NCBI GenBank assembly: GCA_035553735.1
Contig: DATMJT010000312.1
Location: forward strand, 1 to 43,260
Reading direction: 5' to 3'
DNA from: Pilimelia sp.
GTDB taxonomy: Bacteria > Actinomycetota > Actinomycetes > Mycobacteriales > Micromonosporaceae
Length of the DNA stretch: 43,260 bases
The translations under genes were made by a program, and so were the position numbers. Positions 33,414 through 43,116 of the stretch are shown here, piece after piece; position 1 is the first letter of the stretch, and the number at the start of each line of letters is the position of its first letter. The notes beneath the pieces were generated by a model that made no database searches, was not told where the DNA came from, and saw nothing but the letters and a program-made list of their open reading frames with translations.

Positions 33414-35809
33414 TAGCGCCAGGCCACCGACAGGGTGAACTCGTCGACGAGCTGCCACCACCACGACGCGGCGCGGAACCGGTCGGCGGGCGGGAGCGCG
33501 CCGAGCACCCGGGCGTCGAGGCGGCCCGCCGGCCCGGCCACCGCCAGCACCGGCGCGGTGGCGCGCTGCACCCGGCCGGGCTCCAGCAGCGGGCTGCGCC
33601 GGCCCAGGCGGGTGAACACCAGCCGCGCGAAGTCCACGTGCCGGGCGAGGTCGGCCGGCGCGGCGGCGCCGGCCGGGTCGGGGGAGACCGGCACGAACTG
33701 CCCACCGGCCGCCCGGTGCAGCGGGATCGACTCCGGCGGGCACGCCGCGGCCAGGATGCGGCCCAGCCGCAGGTAGTCGTAGCGGACCGCGGCCCCCGGC
33801 CCGAGCTGGTCCGGGCGCAGCCGGGAGAGGGCGCCGCCGCCCGGTTGGGCCCGTAGGTGGGCCAGCAGCGGCTCGGGCCTGCGGAACACCAGCAGCTGGC
33901 CGCCGGCCGTGGGCAGACCCCCACCGGGCGGACCGGCGTCCAGGGTGTGTCCGGTGGCGGCGGGCAGGGTGAGCAGGATCGGGCGCGGTCCGGCGGGAGC
34001 GGCCGGCGGGCGCCCGCCCGCCGGGCCGGCACCTCCGGCGGGCGGGCGGGGCGCCCCCATCGCCGGCGGGCCGCCCGGCGGGCCGCTGATGGGATGCCCA
34101 CCGCCGGGCGCGCCGCTGACCGGCGGCGCCGGGCTCACGGGGCGGGCCTCGCCGCCCGCCAGCCCACCGGCGGGCACCGGGGCCCGTCCCACCGTCGCGC
34201 CGTGACCCGCCGGCGGTCCGGCGGCCCCGCCGGAGGCTGCCGGGTACGGCCCGGCCGGGCCCGGAGCAGGTCGATGGCCCGCCGGACGGCCCGGCGCGGG
34301 GCCCGGGGGCGGCGCGGGCGGTGCTCCGGCGGCCCGGCCCGCTGGCTGGGCCCCGGGCGGGCGCCCGGCGGACGGACCCGGGGACCCGGACGGCCCGGCG
34401 GCAGGCCGCCCGGTGGGCGGGCCCTGCGGTTGCCCGGACGGACCAGGGTGTCCGGAGGGCCCGGCGGCAGGCCGCCCGGTGGGCGAGCCCTGCGGTTGCC
34501 CGGCGGGCACGCCCGGACGCGGCCCGCCCGGCGGCAGCCCCGGCCCCGGACGACCGTTGCCGGCGGCAGGTGGCAACCGGTGCGGCCCGCCGGGCGCGGC
34601 CGGTCCGGCGTGCGGGGGGCCGGGCGGCACCGGCCGGTGGCCGCCGGCCGGTGCGGGCGGCGGCCGATGTGCGGCGCCGGGGCCCGGCGGCGGCCGGTGC
34701 GGAACCGGGGCGACCGGCCCGGGCGGTGCAGCGACCGGTGCTCCGGGCACGCACAGGCTGCCCTCCGCCACCACCATCTCCGGCTGCTCCAGCGTGGTCG
34801 GCGCGATCTGTAGGCTGCGGTGCAGCAGCGTGGCCACCAGCGGGATGCGGCTGGACCCGCCGACCAGGAAGACCCCGGAGATCTCGCTCGGTGCGACGGC
34901 GGCCGCCCGGATCGCAGCCTGGGTCGCCAGCACGGTGCGGTCCAGGACCGGCCGGGCGAACCGCTCCAGCTGCTCGCGGCCCACCGGCGCGTCGGTGTCG
35001 AGCACCGGCACGTGGACGATGGCGGACGGGGCGCGGGACAGCATCTCCTTGGCGCCCCGCACGTCGTCCCAGAACTGCTGGCTCAGCCGCCGGTCGGCGC
35101 TGCTGGCCGGACTGATCAGGCGCTGCCAACCGGCCTCGTCCCGCTCGGCCAGCACCTCACCCAGGTAGTCCACGACCGCCGCGTCGATGTCCAGGCCGCC
35201 GGCGTCCGCCACCCCGTCGGCGGCCAGCACCTCCATGCTCGTCGCGGTACGCCGCACGACGGTCGCGTCGAACGTGCCCGCGCCGAAGTCGTACACCACC
35301 AGGTGCCCGCCGACCGGAAGCTGGTGCCGCAGCACCGTCATGAAGTATCCGGCCGCGGCCACCGGCTCCGGGACCAGCCGTACGGCGGCCAGCCCGGCCC
35401 GCGTCGCGGCCTGCGCCAGGGTGGCCCGCCGCCGCGTGCCCCAGTCCACCGGATGGGTCAGCACCACCTCGGCGGGCGGTCGGCCGCCCACCCGCACGGC
35501 CTCGGTGTGCACCTGGCGCAGCACGGCGGCGAGCAGGTCCACGACCGCCAGCTCCGCCTCGCCGAGCAGCACGGTGCCGTCGTCGATGCGGCGCTTGGGG
35601 TTGCGTTCGAACCGGTCGGGATGCACCCGGGCGTGGTGCACAGCGTCCCGGCCGACCAGCACCGCCCCGCTCGGATCGGCGTAGACGGCCGACGGCAGCT
35701 GCGGGGACCCGTCGAACAGCAGCGGGCGGGACCGGCCGTCGGGCCAGCGCAGCACGGCGACGGTGTTCGACGTCCCGAGGTCGACGCCCAGCCGGATGCC
35801 CGCCACCAT
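33413..35809 (-). CDS. Atypical Hsp70-family protein: actin-like NBD, Pro-rich linker, uncharacterised C-terminal domain
   Basis: NBD motifs GVDLGTSNTVAV, VVYDFGAGTFD and VFLVGGSSRIP. About 220 aa of P/G/A-rich sequence, then about 200 aa with no canonical substrate-binding-domain motifs. ATG at 35809. Confidence 0.8.
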   Translation of the reverse strand: MVAGIRLGVDLGTSNTVAVLRWPDGRSRPLLFDGSPQLPSAVYADPSGAVLVGRDAVHHARVHPDRFERNPKRRIDDGTVLLGEAELAVVDLLAAVLRQVHTEAVRVGGRPPAEVVLTHPVDWGTRRRATLAQAATRAGLAAVRLVPEPVAAAGYFMTVLRHQLPVGGHLVVYDFGAGTFDATVVRRTATSMEVLAADGVADAGGLDIDAAVVDYLGEVLAERDEAGWQRLISPASSADRRLSQQFWDDVRGAKEMLSRAPSAIVHVPVLDTDAPVGREQLERFARPVLDRTVLATQAAIRAAAVAPSEISGVFLVGGSSRIPLVATLLHRSLQIAPTTLEQPEMVVAEGSLCVPGAPVAAPPGPVAPVPHRPPPGPGAAHRPPPAPAGGHRPVPPGPPHAGPAAPGGPHRLPPAAGNGRPGPGLPPGGPRPGVPAGQPQGSPTGRPAAGPSGHPGPSGQPQGPPTGRPAAGPSGSPGPSAGRPPGAQPAGRAAGAPPAPPPGPAPGRPAGHRPAPGPAGPYPAASGGAAGPPAGHGATVGRAPVPAGGLAGGEARPVSPAPPVSGAPGGGHPISGPPGGPPAMGAPRPPAGGAGPAGGRPPAAPAGPRPILLTLPAATGHTLDAGPPGGGLPTAGGQLLVFRRPEPLLAHLRAQPGGGALSRLRPDQLGPGAAVRYDYLRLGRILAAACPPESIPLHRAAGGQFVPVSPDPAGAAAPADLARHVDFARLVFTRLGRRSPLLEPGRVQRATAPVLAVAGPAGRLDARVLGALPPADRFRAASWWWQLVDEFTLSVAWR
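34392..34503 (-). repeat. In-frame 66-bp tandem duplication in the Pro-rich linker of the Hsp70-like gene
   Basis: The 46-nt cores at 34392-34437 and 34458-34503 differ at one base. They encode GQPQGxPTGRPAAGPSGxPGPS twice. Confidence 0.85.
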
Positions 35810-36108
35810 GACGGCGAGTCTAGGGTCGCGGTCGCGGACCGCTCCGCTGCCAGGTCGGCGCGCCTCCCGCGTCGGATGGCGGACGGCACACACCCCGCCG
35901 GGCACCCAATCCGGTCAGGTCGGGCCGACGAGGGACATCCCGGTGATAGGAGGAAGTCGATGGGTTGCCCTTCCGGCACCGTGTGACTAGCGTCACGGTA
36001 CCCCTGTCACCCAACCCCCCTTGCGGAGTGACCCGGCCAACGGTGGCCGGCGCGCCAGCCGCGGCGTGCCGCCGGTGTCCGGGCTCGCCCCGGAAACGGA
36101 GACACGGA

Positions 36109-37620
36109 ATGCAGCGAAAGCACGCCCTGGCCGCCTGCGTGGCGGCCACCGCCCTCGGCCTCGCCGCCGCGGTCACCGCACCCGCCCTGGCCGAGCCGGA
36201 GCGCGCCGCGCCGGCTCCCGCGGCCGGTGCCGGCCTGGCCGCCGACCTGCCGGCCGGTCTGCTCAAGGCCGTCCAGCGCGATCTGAACCTGACCGCCGAG
36301 CAGGCGCTGGCCCGGCTGGCGCAGGAGGACCGGGCCGCCCGTGACCAGGCGGCCCTGCGCAAGCGCCTCGGTGCCCGCTACGGCGGAGCCTGGGTACGCA
36401 ACGGCACCCTGGTGGTCGGCGTCACCGACCCCGCCCAGGCGGCGCAGGTGCGCGCGGCCGGCGCCGAACCGCAGGTCGTGGCCCGCAGCCAGGAGCAGCT
36501 GGAGGCCGCCGTCGCCCGGCTCGACGCGGCGGCCGCCAAGGCGCCCAAGACCGTCCCCGGCTGGTACGTCGACTCCACCAGCAACTCCGTCGTGGTGCTG
36601 TCCCGGGCGTCCGGGGTCGGCGCGGCACGGGCCTTCGTGCGCTCGGCCGGCGTGGACGCCGCCGCGGTGCGGATCCAGGAGTCCACCGAGGCGCCGCGCC
36701 CGCTCATCGACGTGATCGGCGGCAACGCGTACCACATCGGCACCGGCAGCCGCTGTTCGGTCGGCTTCTCCGTCACCAACGGCGGCTTCGTGACCGCCGG
36801 CCACTGCGGCCGCACCGGGGCCAGCACCTCGAACCCGAGCGGCTCGTTCGCCGGCTCCAGCTTCCCGGGCAACGACTACGCCTGGGTACGGGTGTCCGCC
36901 GGCAACACGATGCGCCCGTTGGTCAACAACTACAGCGGCGGCACCGTGACCGTGGCGGGCTCCACCCAGGCGGCGGTCGGCGCGACGGTCTGCCGGTCCG
37001 GCTCCACCACCGGCTGGCGCTGCGGCACCATCCAGGCGTTCAACCAGTCGGTGACCTACCCCGAGGGCACGGTGAGCGGGCTGATCCGCACGACCGTCTG
37101 CGCGGAGCCCGGCGACTCCGGCGGCTCGCTGGTCGCGGGCAACCAGGCCCAGGGCGTCACCTCCGGCGGCTCGGGCAACTGCCGCACCGGCGGCACGACC
37201 TACTTCCAGCCGGTGAACGAGATCCTCCAGGTCTACAACCTGACCCTGATGACGGGCACCGGCGGCACCCCGCCGCCGCCCGGCAGCACCCCGCCGCCGG
37301 GTACGGGCTGCTCGAGCCACGCGAACCGGTTCTCCGGCTCGCTGTCCGCCGGCGGGCAGGCCATCCAGCCGAACAACAGCTACTTCCAGACCACCGGCTC
37401 GGGCACCCACTCCGCCTGCCTGACCGGCCCCACCGGCGCCGACTTCGACCTCTACCTGCAGAAGTGGAACGGCTCGGCCTGGGCCAACGTGGCCAGCGGC
37501 ACCAGCCCCGGCGCCAACGAGACCCTGACCTACAACGGCACCGCCGGCTACTACCGCTACCGGGTCCACGCCTACAGCGGCTCCGGCTCCTACACCCTCG
37601 GCTACACCCGGCCGGCGTAG
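36109..37620 (+). CDS. Secreted S1 (alpha-lytic protease/streptogrisin-like) serine peptidase with a C-terminal pre-peptidase (PPC) domain
   Basis: Signal peptide MQRKHALAACVAATALGLAAAVTAPALA. TAGHCG and CAEPGDSGGSL motifs. C-terminal FDLYLQKWNGSAW...YRYRVHAYSGSGSYTL. GGAGA RBS before ATG 36109. Confidence 0.85.
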   Translation: MQRKHALAACVAATALGLAAAVTAPALAEPERAAPAPAAGAGLAADLPAGLLKAVQRDLNLTAEQALARLAQEDRAARDQAALRKRLGARYGGAWVRNGTLVVGVTDPAQAAQVRAAGAEPQVVARSQEQLEAAVARLDAAAAKAPKTVPGWYVDSTSNSVVVLSRASGVGAARAFVRSAGVDAAAVRIQESTEAPRPLIDVIGGNAYHIGTGSRCSVGFSVTNGGFVTAGHCGRTGASTSNPSGSFAGSSFPGNDYAWVRVSAGNTMRPLVNNYSGGTVTVAGSTQAAVGATVCRSGSTTGWRCGTIQAFNQSVTYPEGTVSGLIRTTVCAEPGDSGGSLVAGNQAQGVTSGGSGNCRTGGTTYFQPVNEILQVYNLTLMTGTGGTPPPPGSTPPPGTGCSSHANRFSGSLSAGGQAIQPNNSYFQTTGSGTHSACLTGPTGADFDLYLQKWNGSAWANVASGTSPGANETLTYNGTAGYYRYRVHAYSGSGSYTLGYTRPA

Positions 37621-37649
37621 CGCCGCACCCCGCATCCTGCGCTCCACCC

Positions 37650-37682
37650 GTGGGGCGGGCGGTCACGCACCGCCCGCCCCAC
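37650..37682. terminator. Perfect 14-bp stem hairpin between convergent genes
   Basis: GTGGGGCGGGCGGT-cacgc-ACCGCCCGCCCCAC. Confidence 0.55.
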
Positions 37683-37735
37683 GCCCCTGTCCGGCGCATG
37701 CGGCGGGCGGGCGCCCTCGTGGCGCCGCCCGCGGC

Positions 37736-39220
37736 TCACGCCGTACCGGAGCGCGGCCCGCCGGGGTCGGACGGGGGCGGGTCCCCGTCCGCGGGGCCGG
37801 GCTCCGCCGTGGCCGGGCCGGACGGTACTGCCCCGGCGTCCGAAGGCTCCGGCCCGGCGGCCGCCGCCGGGCCGGTCGTGGCCCGTCCGCCGGCCGCGCC
37901 GGGTCCGCCGGTCGTGGTTGGTTCGCCGGCCGCGCCGGCGGGGGGCGTCGCGGGCAGCGGCGCGGGCTCCACCGGGATCGGTCCGGTGGGGCCGGGCGGC
38001 ACGGCCGCGGCCCTGGCCCGGATCCGCAGCAGCACCACGGCCAGCACCGAGGCGATCGCGGACGCCACCAGCACGGCGGTGGCGGCCCGCTCCTGCGCCT
38101 GCACGTCGGGGAAGGACAGCCGGGCGATCAGCAGGCTCACCGTGTAGCCAATGCCGGCGAGCACCGCCACCGGCACCACGTCCGGCCAGTGCACCCCCGC
38201 GGGCAGCCGGCCCACGCCCAGCCGGACGGCCAGCCAGGCCCCGGCCATGATGCCCAGCGGCTTTCCGACGAGCAGCCCGGCCGCCACCCCGTACGCGACC
38301 GGGTCGCCCAGCGCCGCACCGGCCGCCGCGACCGGGATCCCGGCCGCGGCCAGGGCGAACAGCGGCACCACCAGCCCGGCCGACACCGGGTGCAGCCGGT
38401 GCTCCAGCTTGCTGGCCAGACGCGTCGGCCGCCCCGGCCCGGCCCGCACCGGCACCGCCAGGCCGAGTGCGATGCCGGCCACCGTGGCGTGGACGCCGCT
38501 GGCATGGATGCAGATCCACGCCGCCACGGCCAGCGGCACCAGCAACCAGACGGCGGTCCACCCGCGCCGCATGGCGAATCCGAACCCGGCGCACAGGGCC
38601 AGGCCGCCGGCCAGCCACAGCAGGCTGAGGTCCTGGGTGAACACCGTGGCGATCAGTGCGATGGCGCCGAGGTCGTCGATCACCGCGGTGGACAGCAACA
38701 AGACCCGCACGCCGGACGGCAGGGCCGAGCCGACCAGGGCGAGCACGCCCAACGCGAACGCGATGTCCGTGGCCACCGGAATGGCCCAGGCGCCGTGCGC
38801 GGCGGCGGCCCCGCCGGAGGCCAGCAGCGCCACGCCGGCCGGCAGCACCATCCCGCCGAGCGCCGCCAGCAACGGTAGGGCCGCCGCCCGCCAGCCGGTC
38901 AGCTCGCCGACCGTCAGCTCCCGCTTGATCTCCAGCCCGGCGACGAAGAAGAACACGGCGAGCAGGCCGTCGGCCACCCAGCTGGAGAGCGGCAGGTCCA
39001 GGTGCAACCAGTCGGGGCCCAGTTCCAGCCGGGTCTCCCACACCGCCGCGTAGGTGTCGCCCGGCAGGTTGGCCCAGATCAACGCGACCGCGGTGGCCGC
39101 CAGCAGCAGCTTGCCCCCGGTGGTCTCCCGGCGCAGGAACTGCACCAGCGCGGCGGTGAATGCCTCGTCACGGCCGCGAATCGGGCCTCCCCTGGCTGAG
39201 CGGCGGAGAAACGAGGGCAT
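37736..39220 (-). CDS. nhaA: Na+/H+ antiporter NhaA with a Pro/Ala-rich C-terminal tail
   Basis: FLRRETTGGKLLLAATAVALIWANLP N-terminus. Conserved STAVIDDLGAIALIA (DD pair). About 12 TM segments. Confidence 0.85.
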   Translation of the reverse strand: MPSFLRRSARGGPIRGRDEAFTAALVQFLRRETTGGKLLLAATAVALIWANLPGDTYAAVWETRLELGPDWLHLDLPLSSWVADGLLAVFFFVAGLEIKRELTVGELTGWRAAALPLLAALGGMVLPAGVALLASGGAAAAHGAWAIPVATDIAFALGVLALVGSALPSGVRVLLLSTAVIDDLGAIALIATVFTQDLSLLWLAGGLALCAGFGFAMRRGWTAVWLLVPLAVAAWICIHASGVHATVAGIALGLAVPVRAGPGRPTRLASKLEHRLHPVSAGLVVPLFALAAAGIPVAAAGAALGDPVAYGVAAGLLVGKPLGIMAGAWLAVRLGVGRLPAGVHWPDVVPVAVLAGIGYTVSLLIARLSFPDVQAQERAATAVLVASAIASVLAVVLLRIRARAAAVPPGPTGPIPVEPAPLPATPPAGAAGEPTTTGGPGAAGGRATTGPAAAAGPEPSDAGAVPSGPATAEPGPADGDPPPSDPGGPRSGTA

Positions 39221-39447
39221 CAGTCACCACTTCCGGGTCGGGTCGACGGTCGGTCGGAACAGTGTCGCCGACCAGACTTCCCGGCACGCCGTGATCTACC
39301 TTACCGGGTGGCGCCCGGGCCGATACCCGACGTCCTGCCCCGTTTGCGGGACCGGCGCCGGGCTTCAGGCTCCCGTCCCGATACGCGGGATTTGGCAGTT
39401 CTGCGGCGGGCGCCCGGCGCGTCGGGTTCCTCGGTAGGTTGCCGCCC

Positions 39448-40632
39448 ATGAGGCTGCGGTGGATCCCCGTACTGGCCGTGTCGCTCCTCGCGGCGGGGGC
39501 GACGCCCGCCGCTGCCGGGCCCGGTCGGCCCTCCCACACCGGGGGCGCGCACCCGCGTTCCGCGTTCGCCGCGTCGGCGCACGAGCGCCCGGCCCGCCCT
39601 GCGTTCGCCGCGGCGGCGCACGAGCGCCCGGACCGCCCCGCGCCCGCCCACCGCCGGCCCGCCTGGCGGTTGTCCGAAACCGGGGTCACCGCCCGGCTGC
39701 GCGGGCTGTCGGCCGTCAGCGCCCGCGTGGCCTGGGCCAGCGGCAGCGGCGGCACGGTACTGCGTACCGTGGACGGCGGCGCGACCTGGCGGCAGGTCGG
39801 CCCGGCGGGCGCCGCCGACCTGCAGTTGCGCGACATCGAGGCGTTCGACGCCCGTCGGGCGGTGACGCTGTCCATTGGCGAGGGCGAGCAGTCCAGGATC
39901 TACCGCACGGCCGATGGCGGCCGCACCTGGCGGGAGACCTTCCGCAACGACGACCCCCGGGCGTTCTACGACTGCCTGGCGTTCTTCGACGACCGGCACG
40001 GCATCGCGCTGTCGGACCCGGTGGACGGCGCGTTCCGGGTGCTGTCCACGGCCGACGGTGGCCTTAGCTGGCGGGTGCTGCCGAACACCGGCATGCCGCC
40101 CGCGCTGGCCGGCGAGTTCGCCTTCGCGGCCAGCGGCACCTGCCTGGTGACCGCCCCGCACCACCGGCGGGCGGCGTGGTTCGCCACCGGGGGCGGCGCG
40201 ACCGCCCGGGTGTTCCGCACCACCGACCGCGGCCGGACGTGGTCGGTGGTCGACAGCCCGGTGCCCAGCGGGCCCACCGCGGGCATCTACTCGCTGGCGT
40301 TCCGCGACAGCCGTCACGGGGTGGCCGTGGGCGGGGACTACACGACACCGGCGAGCGCGCCCGGTGCCGTCGCGGTGACCCGCACCGGCGGGCGCGGCTG
40401 GGTGGCGGCGCCGCACCCGCCCGGCGAGTACCGCTCCGCGGCGGCATGGCTTCCCGGCACCCGGCGCACGGTGGTGGCGGTCGGACCGACGGGGTCGGAC
40501 GTCAGCTACGACGGGGGCCGGCGCTGGCACCGCTTCGACACCGGCAGCTTCGACGCCGTCGACTGCGCCGGACGGTGGGCCTGCTGGGCGTCTGGCGAGG
40601 CGGGCCGGGTCGCGGTGCTGCGCCGTCGCTGA
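39448..40632 (+). CDS. Secreted Asp-box/BNR-repeat beta-propeller protein (Ycf48/sialidase-like fold)
   Basis: Five to six copies of the xxS/TxDGGxTW motif (TVDGGATWRQV, TADGGRTWRE, TADGGLSWRV, TTDRGRTWSV, SYDGGRRWHRF). Signal peptide. The ORF track begins at TTG 39439; I chose ATG 39448. Confidence 0.75.
   Translation: MRLRWIPVLAVSLLAAGATPAAAGPGRPSHTGGAHPRSAFAASAHERPARPAFAAAAHERPDRPAPAHRRPAWRLSETGVTARLRGLSAVSARVAWASGSGGTVLRTVDGGATWRQVGPAGAADLQLRDIEAFDARRAVTLSIGEGEQSRIYRTADGGRTWRETFRNDDPRAFYDCLAFFDDRHGIALSDPVDGAFRVLSTADGGLSWRVLPNTGMPPALAGEFAFAASGTCLVTAPHHRRAAWFATGGGATARVFRTTDRGRTWSVVDSPVPSGPTAGIYSLAFRDSRHGVAVGGDYTTPASAPGAVAVTRTGGRGWVAAPHPPGEYRSAAAWLPGTRRTVVAVGPTGSDVSYDGGRRWHRFDTGSFDAVDCAGRWACWASGEAGRVAVLRRR
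39562..39639 (+). repeat. In-frame 39-bp tandem duplication near the N-terminus of the Asp-box protein
   Basis: Units 39562-39600 and 39601-39639 encode AFAASAHERPARP / AFAAAAHERPDRP. Confidence 0.85.
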
Positions 40633-40641
40633 CGGGTCAGG

Positions 40642-42324
40642 TCAGAGCCGGGCCAGCGCGGCCCGCAGCGGGTCGAGGCCGAGCGAGCCCAGGTTGAGCG
40701 CCTGCTGGTGGAATTCGCGCAGGTCGAAACCCGCGCCCTTGCGCGCCCGCGCGTCCTCCCGGGCCCGCAGCCAGATCCGCTCGCCGACCTTGTACGCCGG
40801 CGCCTGCCCCGGCCAGCCCAGGTAGCGGTTGAGTTCGAAGCGCAGGATCTCGTCCGGGATCCGGCAGTGGGCCCGCATGAATTCCCAGCCCAGCTCCGGC
40901 GTCCAGCGCTGCCCGGGGTGGAACCCGAACGGGTTGTCCCGGGGGATCTCCAGCTCCAGGTGCATGCCGATGTCCACGATCACCCGCGCGGCACGCATGG
41001 CCTGGCCGTCCAGCATGCCCAGCCGGTCGCCGGGGTCCGACAGGTAGCCCAGCTCGTCCATGAGCCGCTCGGCGTACAGCGCCCAACCCTCGCCGTGCCC
41101 CGAGCACCAGCCCAGCAGCCGCTGCCAGCGGTTCAGCAGCTCGGTGCGCACCTGGGTCTGGCCGATCTGCAGGTGGTGGCCCGGCACGCCCTCGTGGTAC
41201 ACCGTGGTGACCTCGCGCCAGGTGGAGAACTCGGTGATGCCCTGCGGCACGGCCCACCACATGCGACCCGGCCGCGCGAAGTCCTCGCTCGGGCCCGTGT
41301 AGTAGATCCCGCCGTCGCTGGTCGGCGCCAGCATGCACTCGATCCGGCGGATCTGTTCGGGAATGTCGAAGTGGACGCCGTTCAGGTCGGCGATCGCCTT
41401 GTCGGCCAGGGACTGCATCCAGTCCCGGAACGCCTCCTTGCCCTCGATCCGCCGGGCCGGGTCGGCGTCGAGCACCTCCACCGCCTCGTCGGCGCCGGCG
41501 CCGGCGCCGGCGATGCGCGCGGCGACCTCGCGCATCTCCTGCTGCAGCCGGGCCAGCTCGTCGAACGCCCAGGCGTACGTCTCGTCCAGGTCGATCCGGG
41601 CGCCGAGGAAGTAGCGGGAGGCCAGTTCGTACCGCTGCCGCCCGGCCGCCTGGGTCGCCCGGCCCCGCGGCGCCAGCTCGGCGCGCAGGAACTGGCCGAA
41701 CTCCGCGGTGGCCGCGGTGGCGGCGGCGGCCCCGCGCTCCAGCTCCGCGCGCAGGGCGCCGGTCGCGGTCAGCCTGGCGGCCAGGCGGTGGAAGAAGTCG
41801 TCGCCGGCCGGGTCGGTCCAGGTCGCGCACTGCTCGGCCACGGCGGCCATCTGCTGGCGGGCGGCGACACGTCCGGCGTCGGCGGCGGCCAGCAGCGACT
41901 GGCGGTAGCCGCGCAGTGCGGCGGGGAAGGCGACCAGCCGGGCGGCGATGTTCGCCACCGCCTCCTCGCCGTCGGTGGGCATCATGTCGAACACCTGCCG
42001 CGCCGCGTGCAGCGGGCTGTCGATCACGTTGATCTCGCTGAGGTACTCGCCGGCCTCGTGGCGGGCGAGCTGGAGGCTCAGCCGCTCCACCATGGCCTCG
42101 CGCGCCACCCGCTCGGACTCGGATCCAGGCTCCAGCGGGGTCAGCGCGGCGAGGGTGCGCCGAGTCAGGTCGGCCTTGGCCGCGAACCCGTCCGGGGAGT
42201 AGTCGTCGAGCCGGTCGTCGTAGCCGGCGACGCCGACGGACGTGGCGCCGACCGGGTGCAGCGCCGCCCAGTCGGTGACGTACCGATTGGCGAGGTCATC
42301 GATCTGTCCCACGGTGCAGACCAT
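40642..42324 (-). CDS. DUF885 family protein (putative metallopeptidase-like)
   Basis: 560 aa. N-terminal DDLANRYVTDWAALHPVGATSVG and YHEGVPGHHLQ motif, typical of DUF885. Confidence 0.8.
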   Translation of the reverse strand: MVCTVGQIDDLANRYVTDWAALHPVGATSVGVAGYDDRLDDYSPDGFAAKADLTRRTLAALTPLEPGSESERVAREAMVERLSLQLARHEAGEYLSEINVIDSPLHAARQVFDMMPTDGEEAVANIAARLVAFPAALRGYRQSLLAAADAGRVAARQQMAAVAEQCATWTDPAGDDFFHRLAARLTATGALRAELERGAAAATAATAEFGQFLRAELAPRGRATQAAGRQRYELASRYFLGARIDLDETYAWAFDELARLQQEMREVAARIAGAGAGADEAVEVLDADPARRIEGKEAFRDWMQSLADKAIADLNGVHFDIPEQIRRIECMLAPTSDGGIYYTGPSEDFARPGRMWWAVPQGITEFSTWREVTTVYHEGVPGHHLQIGQTQVRTELLNRWQRLLGWCSGHGEGWALYAERLMDELGYLSDPGDRLGMLDGQAMRAARVIVDIGMHLELEIPRDNPFGFHPGQRWTPELGWEFMRAHCRIPDEILRFELNRYLGWPGQAPAYKVGERIWLRAREDARARKGAGFDLREFHQQALNLGSLGLDPLRAALARL

Positions 42325-42483
42325 ACGCCAGGGGACGCGCCGCGCGCCGCGCTCCGGACCGGGGCGGGCGGTGTGCCCGTCGGCCGGGCCAGCCGTCGGC
42401 TCAGCCCTGCGGCACCCGAGCGCGCCATGCTGCTGGTCGTCGGAGTGGACTGGATCGGCCGGCGCCGCGCTCCCGCATCGCCG

Positions 42484-43116
42484 TCAGGGGAGCAGCTCAC
42501 GGGGGTCGAAGTCGATCTCGAAGGGTTCCGCGGCGCGTAGCCGCTGCCCGGACACGGCCGACGCCACCGGCTGGTAGGCCCCGTCCTCGGGCCGGTGCAG
42601 CGCCACGGATGCGTGACCGAGCCGGCGCACCAGCTCCACGCGCATGAAGTACGGCACCCCGGCCTCCGCGCAGCGGCGCGGCTTGTCGACGAAGTCCTGT
42701 TGCCGGCTGCCCGGCGACACGAACTCCACCACCATCGTGCACAGGGCGGCGGGGATCCAGCGGTCCTCCGCCTCCGTGCGCGGCAGCGTGTGCAGCACCG
42801 TCACGTCGGGCTGGATCCACCGTCGCGGCGCGAGCGACAGGTTGACCGCCCCGTAGAGATACAGACCCGCGGCCTCGACCGCCGGGCCGAGCAATCGGAT
42901 GAGCTTGGCTTCTCCGTAGCTGTTGGCTCCGACCTCGGCCGGCGTCATCACCAGTCTCCCGTCGATGCACTCGTACCGGGCTGCGGGCACCCCCGGGATG
43001 GGCAGGAAGCGCTCCGCGAGCTCCTCCGTCCAGAGTCCGGCCAGGTCGGCCAGGGGCTCGAACGCCGTCTCGGCCGGCGTCGGCGTCTGGTCGGGCTGCG
43101 GTAGCGGCATGGCCAC
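42484..43116 (-). CDS. Uma2 (DUF820) family PD-(D/E)xK endonuclease-like protein
   Basis: PDVTV...MVVEFVSPGSRQQDFVDKPRRCAEAGVPYFMRVEL matches the Uma2 D..E.K core. GGAGG lies 10 nt before GTG 43116 (ATG 43110 is an alternative). The ORF itself stays open to the window end. Confidence 0.75.
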   Translation of the reverse strand: MAMPLPQPDQTPTPAETAFEPLADLAGLWTEELAERFLPIPGVPAARYECIDGRLVMTPAEVGANSYGEAKLIRLLGPAVEAAGLYLYGAVNLSLAPRRWIQPDVTVLHTLPRTEAEDRWIPAALCTMVVEFVSPGSRQQDFVDKPRRCAEAGVPYFMRVELVRRLGHASVALHRPEDGAYQPVASAVSGQRLRAAEPFEIDFDPRELLP

